Part shown: positions 34,223-41,728 of the stretch, piece after piece | How the letters are laid out: each line of letters opens with the position of its first letter | Position numbering within the stretch: position 1 is the first letter of the stretch | Origin: a virus | Taxonomy: Duplodnaviria; Heunggongvirae; Uroviricota; Caudoviricetes | Length of the DNA stretch: 64,000 bases | IMG/VR virus record: IMGVR_UViG_3300034072_002212 | Coordinates: 30,417-94,416 of that record | Direction: 5' to 3' (one strand) | Position numbers and translations under genes: made by a program | Notes under the pieces: generated by a model | Told to the model about the DNA's origin: nothing | The model's database searches: none | The model's input: the letters and a program-made list of their open reading frames with translations, nothing else

Positions 34223-34582
34223 AAATAGATATACCATCTTTTTCAAATGGTCCTGCGCTTCCTGAGGGCGGTAGGGCTTCATGAGAACCTCCCAACCCGC
34301 ATAGCAATCATGAAGGGCATTGGAATCACTGCCTGAGCAAACGACTACATGGATGCCCATACCACGAAGCTTTTCAGCTACCGGCTGGCTAGTCCCGTCG
34401 TGAAGGTTCACGTCGAGGATCACCCCGGTGAGATTGGAACCATGCTTGTCGATAATCTCCAGGGCCTCACCGCTTGTCATTGCTATCCCTGCTATCTCGA
34501 TGTCAGCGAGGGCGCAAATGTCTTCCCATAGGAAGTGAAGCATCGGCTCGTCTTCTACGAGCAGGATTAGACCTTTGGTCAT
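34220..34582 (-). CDS. Single-domain response regulator (CheY-like receiver)
   Basis: LILLVEDEP...GVILDVNLHDG...KPY: the acidic pocket, phospho-acceptor Asp and conserved Lys are in their expected positions. Confidence 0.7.
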   Translation of the reverse strand: MTKGLILLVEDEPMLHFLWEDICALADIEIAGIAMTSGEALEIIDKHGSNLTGVILDVNLHDGTSQPVAEKLRGMGIHVVVCSGSDSNALHDCYAGWEVLMKPYRPQEAQDHLKKMVYLF

Positions 34583-34596
34583 ACTGGCCTCCGTGC

Positions 34597-35127
34597 TTAG
34601 AACGCGGCCAGTTTTGCAAGCATCACCTGATCGACAGTCCCCTTGTCGAGGATCATCGCGCTGGAGGGCTTACCAACACGAACCATTGCGTTCTTGATTT
34701 CATGGTTGCCCAAACCGCTCTTGAACAGTCGAGCGTAAATGGTGCCCTTGTCCGAGATCTTGCGAACAGTGCCCATGACCATGTCCACACGGGCGCCGTC
34801 AGTGCCACGGGGGAACAAAATCGTATGGCCGACCTCAATCGTGCGACCCATCAGGTCGTGATAGGCCGGAGTGGTCTTGTCCTCTGCGAAATGAGTACCG
34901 CCATGCCAGTCCACAAGATGCTCCAAATTCGAGCCCTTGACCCAAAAAGGACGTTTGCCCTTGACTGCGAGCTGGTATTCGTGGGCGCTGAAATACTTGG
35001 AGTTAACCTGCATTACGCGACCCACCGTGCCAGCACGGGGTCCAGTCGTTACGCGAACAAACTGTGGACCTTCTTCCATGGACTTCAGAAGACTCATAGC
35101 AGCATAATGGTTATTCAGGCTCATCAA
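34597..35127 (-). CDS. Hypothetical protein (176 aa)
   Basis: ORF only. Confidence 0.45.
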   Translation of the reverse strand: MMSLNNHYAAMSLLKSMEEGPQFVRVTTGPRAGTVGRVMQVNSKYFSAHEYQLAVKGKRPFWVKGSNLEHLVDWHGGTHFAEDKTTPAYHDLMGRTIEVGHTILFPRGTDGARVDMVMGTVRKISDKGTIYARLFKSGLGNHEIKNAMVRVGKPSSAMILDKGTVDQVMLAKLAAF

Positions 35128-35418
35128 ACGCTAACCCTTACAACTTTGGTTCGATCTTGCTGCTACGAGGCTCAGGAGGTCCTTAGTTCCCACCCCACAA
35201 AAATTAAGCACATTGTGCAACTAAACAGCGCGCTAGTGCGTTGTTTGCTGCCCATACAAGCTATGATAAAGCGCGCTGCCAGTCTAGCGGATAGTCAGGT
35301 GTCACCTGTAAAAATTACTGACATACGCACTTTTGAGACTTGACGTCCTCGCAAGTCACAGAAAAGCGCGGGCCTCGACACATAAGACCCGCGCTTACTC
35401 TGTGGATAACTCTGTGAA

Positions 35419-35607
35419 TTATCCTACGAGTTCTTCGTCAAATTGGAGACGGAAACGAAAGGCATCGTCAATGCTCAGAAAGTCAACCTGCACGGCATCA
35501 TTCGTGGGAATCAACACATAACCCTTGGTCGCTTCCTCGTCGAGCCAAGCTTCGACCTTTTCCTTCGACTCGGGTGCGACACGCAGAATCCAAGAACTTG
35601 CGACCAT
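35419..35607 (-). CDS. Possible short FKLTWGG-family member (62 aa)
   Basis: C-terminus LSIDDAFRFRLQFDEE resembles the family signature. Short, so low confidence. Confidence 0.3.
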   Translation of the reverse strand: MVASSWILRVAPESKEKVEAWLDEEATKGYVLIPTNDAVQVDFLSIDDAFRFRLQFDEELVG

Positions 35608-35676
35608 TACTCTTACCTCAACTGTCTTGCTAGGACCTGATTATTAACTGTTTAACCAGCTAGGAATCAATATGTT

Positions 35677-37428
35677 CTAGCCATTCTTGGATGCGAGTTC
35701 GTTCACAACCATGTGATTGAGGTCAGAGATCCTGTAGGGCTTGCCTAGCACCTTGATCTTATGACTGCGGTCTCGCTTGAGCTCCCTAAGGGCCACTTCA
35801 GCATGACCTGTGGTGAAGATCACGGGTAAATCCGGACGGATATTGCTGGCAGCTTTGGCAAGCTGGAAACCATCAATGCCATTGGGCATCACAACGTCGG
35901 TGAACAATAGGTCAATGGGAATGTCGAGATTCTGAATGATCTCCAGTGCGCTTTTGCCATCTTGTGCGCTCAGGACATTGTAGCCCATTTCCATCAAAGC
36001 CTGCGCTGCGAGCTCTCTGACGCCGGGCTCGTCATCTACCACAAGAATGCTGGCCTTGGTAGCGTCGTAGTTGAAGTCTTCCTCGTCCCGCGTTTCTTCG
36101 ACCGTTTCTCCGGCTGTGTAGGGGAAGAGCATCTCTACGGTTGTTCCCTTGCCCAACACGCTGTCAATGAAGACCTTGCCGTTGCTCTGCTGACAGAAGC
36201 CATAGACCATGGAGAGACCAAGCCCACTACCCTTGCCCACGTCCTTGGTCGTGTAGAATGGTTCAAAGGCCCGTTCTTTGGTTTCCTGAGTCATGCCTTC
36301 GCCAGTATCACTGACGCTGACACTCACAAAGCGCGTGTCGTCAATGGAACGGTTTTGTGTCTTAATACAGATCCGACCACCATTGGGCATTGCGTCTCTG
36401 GCGTTGATGCCAAGGTTGAGAATAGCACTCTCGAGCTGTGATTTGTCGCTCAAGCAAAGCCAGACGTCTTCCTGGAGATCAATCTCAACAGGAATACTAA
36501 CACCGACCGCCCGCTGGACCATTTCCTGGACGCCAACGACGACCTCGTTGACGTTCAGTCGCTCGGGATGGAGTCGCGATTTACGAGAGAACGCAAGCAA
36601 TTGGCTCGTGAGCTTTTCTGCCTTGAGGGCGGCCTCGATCGCCATGGAAGTCTGACGTTCAATACGCTTTGCCACGGAGTTGTCTGGCAAGTTGGCCAGA
36701 CTCATCTTCGAGAGCTCGAGGTTCCCGATGATCACTGTGAGCATGTTGTTGAAATCGTGCGCGATACCACCGGTCAACTGCCCAACGCTCTCCATCTTTT
36801 GTGCCTGGCGGAGAGCATCCTGTGTTTTCTGCCGCTCTTCAATCTCTTGAAGGAGGCGCTCATTTGCTTCCTCGAGCTCTTGAGTGCGTTCGCGGACTTT
36901 GGTCTCTAGCAGTTCGTGAGCGTGGATAGATTCTTCCTGAGCCATTTTGAGCTCATGAATTATTGAAGCAACACCCAGCCATTTTACGAGGTTTTCGTTA
37001 TCATCCTTGATGGCTCGAGTGGTTGCACGGAACCAGCGATATTCTCCGTCATGTCGACGAATGCGAAACTCGGCTTCGTATGCTAACCCCTTGACATAAT
37101 GCTCTTCCATTGCCAGACGAATTACTGCTATATCGTCGGGATGAATGCATGTCTTCCAAAGATAATCATCATCAAGGGAGTATTTTACTCCCGTGAATTC
37201 AAACCAAAAATTATTGAGATAGGTGAGATTTCCCTGATCGTCTCGGGTCCAGATAATTGTCGGCGCAAGATCTGTGAGCATCTTGATATTGATGTCAGAT
37301 TTGATCGCCTTATCCACAAAACCCTCATCGCCCACTCCGCAGACAAGAAGACCTTGGGGTAATGGCCTACCTCCGGTCTGTCGCTTTGGCATCGAGAACC
37401 CCTTTAGAAGCGTAACGAATAGAACCAA
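35677..37428 (-). CDS. Hybrid sensor histidine kinase (PAS – HisKA – HATPase – receiver)
   Basis: H-box IAHDFNNMLTVI; ATPase DTGEGM...GSGLGLSMV; C-terminal receiver ILVVDDEP...DLLFTDVVMP. Uses a TAG stop. Confidence 0.8.
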   Translation of the reverse strand: MVLFVTLLKGFSMPKRQTGGRPLPQGLLVCGVGDEGFVDKAIKSDINIKMLTDLAPTIIWTRDDQGNLTYLNNFWFEFTGVKYSLDDDYLWKTCIHPDDIAVIRLAMEEHYVKGLAYEAEFRIRRHDGEYRWFRATTRAIKDDNENLVKWLGVASIIHELKMAQEESIHAHELLETKVRERTQELEEANERLLQEIEERQKTQDALRQAQKMESVGQLTGGIAHDFNNMLTVIIGNLELSKMSLANLPDNSVAKRIERQTSMAIEAALKAEKLTSQLLAFSRKSRLHPERLNVNEVVVGVQEMVQRAVGVSIPVEIDLQEDVWLCLSDKSQLESAILNLGINARDAMPNGGRICIKTQNRSIDDTRFVSVSVSDTGEGMTQETKERAFEPFYTTKDVGKGSGLGLSMVYGFCQQSNGKVFIDSVLGKGTTVEMLFPYTAGETVEETRDEEDFNYDATKASILVVDDEPGVRELAAQALMEMGYNVLSAQDGKSALEIIQNLDIPIDLLFTDVVMPNGIDGFQLAKAASNIRPDLPVIFTTGHAEVALRELKRDRSHKIKVLGKPYRISDLNHMVVNELASKNG

Positions 37429-37564
37429 ACTGATCCTGTGTCACGCACAAAGTAGGCTTTCTCGAGATATCTATCGCGGGATTGGCGCTTCCCTATTAAT
37501 CCATCATTATCGCACTATACGACACGAGACCTTAACCGCGTATTGCGGTAAGGTTTTGATTCTG

Positions 37565-37768
37565 TAAAGAAAGCTAAAAGGCCCGTCCTGTTCCGCGGTG
37601 GAGCCCATACCGGTTTGGCAAACCCTAAGGGTTAAGCCGCAACTGCCATTGCTGGCTCGTTGTCGTTGACATTTCTGTCGTTGGCCTTTTCGGATCCGAA
37701 GATCCCAGGGAACCACCCCTCGTTGTCTCTCGCAGCCGTTCGCGCACACGTCGATCCTGGTTCGGCCC
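37565..37768 (-). ncRNA. ssrA: tmRNA coding piece (5' acceptor strand, tag reading frame, post-stop helix)
   Basis: 5' end GGGGCCGAACCAGGAUCGACG at 37768. Resume codon GCC at 37684-37682. Tag stop UAA at 37633-37631, followed by the AACCC-UUA-GGGUU hairpin. Confidence 0.6.
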
Positions 37769-37815
37769 CTTGCTTCAGGATTGCTCCCGATAAGGTTTCC
37801 AGTATTGCCACCTGG

Positions 37816-37880
37816 TTGGTGGAGCCGGCGGGTACTGCCCCCGCGTCCGCTGATTGCTATTGAGCTTTGGTCATCAACAA
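37816..37880 (-). ncRNA. ssrA: tmRNA acceptor piece (T-arm + 3' acceptor strand + CCA)
   Basis: The 3' end ...GCGGG-GGCAGUA-CCCGC-CGGCUCC-A-CCA lies at 37816. The last 12 nt (CCGGCUCCACCA) match the E. coli tmRNA 3' terminus. Confidence 0.6.
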
Positions 37881-37887
37881 CCCCGCC

Positions 37888-37916
37888 TTTATAGCGCGCT
37901 CGTAACCAAATGTCAA
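37888..37916 (-). promoter_or_regulatory. Sigma70-like promoter TTGACA-N17-TATAAA(GG) driving the tmRNA locus
   Basis: -35 at 37916-37911 and -10 at 37893-37888 on the minus strand, immediately after the PAAR stop codon. Confidence 0.5.
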
Positions 37917-37919
37917 CAG

Positions 37920-38195
37920 CTATCCTACAAAAACGTCGCTGCTGCCTTGTGCAACCTTGCTACCACAGGCCACGGGGTCAGATAACCTGCCCTGTCCGCG
38001 TCCATTGACGAAGACTGTGGATGATCCCCTAGCCAAAACACTTGGATGACCACTATGTGGTGCCCATTTATCGCCTTGCCTGTGAGCCGGCTTGCCGTTG
38101 ATAAAGACGTCAGGGCTTCCCTGAACGTTTGGACGTGGAGGAGCGCCGGGATGGCCCGTGCATTTGTCTCCCATACGGGCCGCTGGCTTACCCAC
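37920..38195 (-). CDS. PAAR-repeat protein (spike-tip, T4 gp5.4-like)
   Basis: N-terminus (M)GKPAARMGDKC...HPG...VFINGKPAHRQGD...VFVNG are PAAR repeats. GTG start overlaps the upstream stop. Confidence 0.75.
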   Translation of the reverse strand: MGKPAARMGDKCTGHPGAPPRPNVQGSPDVFINGKPAHRQGDKWAPHSGHPSVLARGSSTVFVNGRGQGRLSDPVACGSKVAQGSSDVFVG

Positions 38196-39042
38196 CTAGC
38201 ACCGCCGCCGCAGCACCAGTTGCCACGCTACCTAGGAGACCACGCAGGCAAGGATCCTGTGGCAGATTAGCCATTAGGTCAGCCAAACCCTGACGGATCT
38301 GTGCCAGCATTGCCTTGGCAAACTTCATGACTTCTTCTTTGGCCTTTGCGATCATCTGTGCGATCGCAGCTTTTGCCTGAGCAATGCCCGCCTTGATCTG
38401 GTCGATGATAGGGCCAATGGCTTCGTTGACCGCATTCTTAACCTGCGAGATCATATCAGAAATCTTGGCCCTGATCTGATTTAGCAAAGCTTTTCCAGAA
38501 TCCATGATGCTGCCAAGGAAGCCATCCAGACCAAGGCAGGGATTGCTGAGCAAGTTCATCACCGTAGCGAGCGCCATTGCTCCCTGGGCGATACCTGCTA
38601 GGCTTGGTAGGTTGTTGGTCAGGCGATCCGTGTGATCTTCAATCTGATCCAGATCTTCGTTGATGTCCTGACAGTCAGCATCGAACTCAGGCTTATAGGC
38701 CGCCCAAGTGCCATTGTCGCTGAAACGACCAATGAGGTAGATGCTGAAGTCCTGAAGATCTGTGCGAATCGGAGAGATCAAACATTCAGTGGGATTGACA
38801 ATCACTCCCTGGTAAGGATTGAACAGGGAGAGATTATTGAAAGAGTCAACGTGGGCCTGAAGGCTGACGTCAACTTCCCCTGGAGTCACAAGCGGAGGAC
38901 GACGCGGAGTGGTCCTCGTGTCCACAATGGGCGTGCTCTCCATAATCTCCTGGAGCATCAAGACCTTGGGATCCAGAGGTGGATTGTAGAGGCTGCTCTC
39001 TAGCGCCTCGGTGTTCACCAGCTTCGACATGGATTGCATCAC
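38188..39042 (-). CDS. Hypothetical virion-associated protein (284 aa)
   Basis: ORF directly upstream of PAAR. Helical A/I/Q-rich C-terminal half. Confidence 0.45.
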   Translation of the reverse strand: MMQSMSKLVNTEALESSLYNPPLDPKVLMLQEIMESTPIVDTRTTPRRPPLVTPGEVDVSLQAHVDSFNNLSLFNPYQGVIVNPTECLISPIRTDLQDFSIYLIGRFSDNGTWAAYKPEFDADCQDINEDLDQIEDHTDRLTNNLPSLAGIAQGAMALATVMNLLSNPCLGLDGFLGSIMDSGKALLNQIRAKISDMISQVKNAVNEAIGPIIDQIKAGIAQAKAAIAQMIAKAKEEVMKFAKAMLAQIRQGLADLMANLPQDPCLRGLLGSVATGAAAAVLGG

Positions 39043-39343
39043 TATCCTCCAAATCGGGATTCAAATGGATCCCGTGAGTATATTGGTCACCGTCGTTGCC
39101 GCTACGGACAACCACGTGCTGATCGGAGGTCAGGTAGAGGTTGCCTGATGCGCGAATCTCGAAATCGCCTTCTATGACCAAACGACGGTTGACCGGGTCA
39201 TAGGAAATCAGCTGGCCCGAATGTGCTGCCACGACGTGGCTTGGAGCCACAAGCACATTACAGGCCAGCTTGACTCTCTGGAACAAGTCCAGAAACACTT
39301 TAGCCAGCGATGGCGTGCTCATACTGATCCGCAGCGTCATCAC
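38870..39343 (-). CDS. Small beta-rich protein, possible spike/baseplate component; 3' boundary uncertain
   Basis: First ~100 aa look protein-like (LVIEGDFEIRASGNLYLTSDQHVVVRSGNDGD). The last ~55 codons overlap 38188..39042 in another frame and look non-coding. Confidence 0.3.
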   Translation of the reverse strand: MMTLRISMSTPSLAKVFLDLFQRVKLACNVLVAPSHVVAAHSGQLISYDPVNRRLVIEGDFEIRASGNLYLTSDQHVVVRSGNDGDQYTHGIHLNPDLEDSDAIHVEAGEHRGAREQPLQSTSGSQGLDAPGDYGEHAHCGHEDHSASSSACDSRGS

Positions 39344-39596
39344 GAGCAGGAGTCACAGCAACCACGTGGGCGTTCTTGATCGTCACAACTTCCTTGCCCG
39401 AAGCCACCATCCAAGGCGTGAACATCACACGAGTCTGGGTTGGGTTATCGGGATTCTCAGCCATGACCATAGCCAGTGGACGGCTAACAATGATGTGCTG
39501 ATCGTCATCGCTGATCTTACGAGCAATAACTTCCTCACCAGTTACCAACTTGATGGCAACCACGACGGAATCTTGGGTTTTCTTTTCAACTAGCAT
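39300..39596 (-). CDS. Hypothetical small protein (98 aa)
   Basis: ORF only. Confidence 0.4.
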   Translation of the reverse strand: MLVEKKTQDSVVVAIKLVTGEEVIARKISDDDQHIIVSRPLAMVMAENPDNPTQTRVMFTPWMVASGKEVVTIKNAHVVAVTPARDDAADQYEHAIAG

Positions 39597-39617
39597 GTTG
39601 GTATTTATCCATGTAGT

Positions 39618-40136
39618 TTATACAATTGGGTGCTTTTTGTTCAAAAGCGCGCGATGAAAGCCTTTGTAGTTCTCTAGCGTCATATAACCCACAAGCCTGC
39701 TACTCTGCATGAGAGGATAACGGTCAAAGGCTCCAATGGCCACCACACTATCCCCAAAGCGCACAAACTCATCATCAACAATCATGAAGCTGTCCTGATA
39801 GTCGATTTGAATCTGCCAATCCCTATCACCTTTGTTGGTGCCTAGGAAAGTCTCCCCACCATCCCAGAGGCGAACCTCATAAGTGGGCTTGGGCATTGCT
39901 CGGGCCTTAGCATCAGCTTCATCTGCTGCTCTGACGATGTCCTGAAGTCTTTCCTTTTGGCCTTTGCCGCCGGAGAGTTTCAGGATTTTTAGTGCCTCTC
40001 TTACCCAGAGAGCTTCACTGAGGGCATCTATGTCCGCTTCAGTCATCTGGGCTACACTGTCGATTAGAGCCTGCAGGCGGGGCTTTTTCTTGGCCGCCGC
40101 CAGCAGCATCTCATCCTTGGTATAGGACGAACGCAT
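39618..40136 (-). CDS. Hypothetical protein (172 aa)
   Basis: ATG overlaps the glutaredoxin stop (TAACATG). Confidence 0.45.
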   Translation of the reverse strand: MRSSYTKDEMLLAAAKKKPRLQALIDSVAQMTEADIDALSEALWVREALKILKLSGGKGQKERLQDIVRAADEADAKARAMPKPTYEVRLWDGGETFLGTNKGDRDWQIQIDYQDSFMIVDDEFVRFGDSVVAIGAFDRYPLMQSSRLVGYMTLENYKGFHRALLNKKHPIV

Positions 40137-40137
40137 G

Positions 40138-40494
40138 TTAGCCCTTGAAGTGGGCTTCCAGCTCAGTGTAGCCGCCGACGTACTTGCCGTCGAGCCAGAT
40201 CTGAGGGACAGTCCTTGGTGCCGCGCCGGTCTCCTTGGTCACTTCCTCGATGAGCTGGTCACGATGATCAACTGCGCTGATCTCAGTGATCTCGACACCC
40301 TTGCTCTGGAGGAGCATCTTGGCGCGAACGCAGAATGGGCAGTTGGGCTTGCTGTAAATCGTTGCCTGCATTGTATTTCTCCTAGTGTTTTCTTCAAGCC
40401 AAGGAATGGTCTTGCGACCGGCCGCGGTGCTGGGCTCTTCATTCAAAAGAGCTTCTTTGACCGCGGCCCAATTGGCTTCAAATAGGTTGCTCAT
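40138..40494 (-). CDS. Glutaredoxin (NrdH/Grx-like) for RNR
   Basis: CPFC active site in TIYSKPNCPFCVRAKMLL. Its start overlaps the nrdB stop by 1 nt. Confidence 0.75.
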   Translation of the reverse strand: MSNLFEANWAAVKEALLNEEPSTAAGRKTIPWLEENTRRNTMQATIYSKPNCPFCVRAKMLLQSKGVEITEISAVDHRDQLIEEVTKETGAAPRTVPQIWLDGKYVGGYTELEAHFKG

Positions 40495-41624
40495 TAGAGC
40501 TTGAAGGTGTTGAAATCGTCTGCGCTTGCGTCCTGCTTAACGCCGCCCACGACGTAGCTGGAGATCTCAGTCTCCTGTGGGGCGACCTGAACCGACTTCG
40601 AGGCAATCCACGAAGAAGTCCATGGGAGCGGGTTGCGAGCTGGAACGGGGAACGGTGGCTTGAGACCAACGCCGCGCATACGGGTGCCGGCAATGTAGTC
40701 CACGTATTCGTTCAGCAGAGCCTCATTGAGACCGATGATCGAACCGTCCTTGAACAGGTAACGTGCCCACTGCTTCTCCTGGCGGATAGCCGACAGATAC
40801 ATCTCGATGGCCAGATCCTCAGTTTCTTCAGCAATCTTGATGAAGTCTGGGTCGTCCATCTTGAGGATGTTGCGGATCAGGTTCTGCGTGCCTGCGAGAT
40901 GAAGGTTCTCGTCGCGAGCAATGAACTTGATGATCTTCGCGTTGCCTTCCATGCGCTTGTTCTCGGCAAACGCCCAGGAGCAAGCGAACGAAACGTAGAA
41001 ACGAACACCCTCAAGGATGTTCACTGACATCAAGCAGAGCCACAGCTTCTTCTTGAGATCATAGAGATCAACAGTGATCTTCTTGCCGTTGACAGTGTGG
41101 GTGCCTTCGCCCAAGAGCTCATACCACTTGGAAGCCTCGATTAGTTCGTCGTAGTTGGCGCTGATATCCTTAGCGCAATCGACGATTTCCTGGATCTCCT
41201 TCATGGTATCGAAAACCTCGCCTGGGTTTGGATACACATTACGGATGATGTGTGTGTAGGAACGGCTATGGATCGTCTCAATGAACGCCCAAGTCTGTGC
41301 CCACGTCTCCATCTCTGGCAGCGACGTGATGTTGCCGAACGCCTGTGTGGGCGAACGACCCTGCACCGAGTCCAGCAGGATCTGACGCTTCAGATTGCTG
41401 GTGAAGATGTGCTTTTCATGATCGGTCAGCTTCATGAAGTCGCCACGATCGGTGTTGAGATCGACCTCTTCAGGACGCCAGAAAAAGCCCAGCTGTTGAT
41501 TGGTTAGGTGTTCTAGTTCAGGATACTTGACCTGGTCAAAACGCTGGATGTCAACGGGTCCCGAGGGATCGAAGAACATCTTAGCGGTCAGATGGTCAAC
41601 CTTGTTCAGGTTAAAAACGGACAT
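40494..41624 (-). CDS. nrdB: Ribonucleotide reductase small (beta) subunit
   Basis: Ferritin-like di-iron motifs (FACSWAFAENKRMEGNAKIIKFIARDENLH), 376 aa. Confidence 0.85.
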   Translation of the reverse strand: MSVFNLNKVDHLTAKMFFDPSGPVDIQRFDQVKYPELEHLTNQQLGFFWRPEEVDLNTDRGDFMKLTDHEKHIFTSNLKRQILLDSVQGRSPTQAFGNITSLPEMETWAQTWAFIETIHSRSYTHIIRNVYPNPGEVFDTMKEIQEIVDCAKDISANYDELIEASKWYELLGEGTHTVNGKKITVDLYDLKKKLWLCLMSVNILEGVRFYVSFACSWAFAENKRMEGNAKIIKFIARDENLHLAGTQNLIRNILKMDDPDFIKIAEETEDLAIEMYLSAIRQEKQWARYLFKDGSIIGLNEALLNEYVDYIAGTRMRGVGLKPPFPVPARNPLPWTSSWIASKSVQVAPQETEISSYVVGGVKQDASADDFNTFKL

Positions 41625-41728
41625 GATCTGCCTCTTGTTCTATTTGTGTAAGAATACTGGATCCTCACCAGTTTTGTCTATTTGTGACAGGTGGGGCCAT
41701 GGGAGATAAACCCATGGCCCTGAACACC

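Larger units (their letters stand above)
37565..37880 (-). ncRNA. ssrA: Two-piece (circularly permuted) tmRNA, ssrA: acceptor piece, intervening segment and coding piece
   Basis: Minus-strand RNA reads ...GACGCGGGGGCAGUACCCGCCGGCUCCACCA, [47-nt spacer], GGGGCCGAACCAGGAUCGACGUG...GCC AAC GAC AGA AAU GUC AAC GAC AAC GAG CCA GCA AUG GCA GUU GCG GCU UAA, AACCC-UUA-GGGUU hairpin... The acceptor stem GGGGCCG/CGGCUCC includes the G3·U70 Ala identity pair. The tag is (A)ANDRNVNDNEPAMAVAA. A U-rich 3' end lies near 37565-37578. Confidence 0.7.

Noticed and set aside
37507-37863. Two short ORFs (37507..37749 minus, 37660..37863 plus) in the PAAR–kinase gap
   Set aside because: The gap is better explained as a permuted tmRNA gene. 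The ORFs have no ribosome-binding sites or recognisable features.
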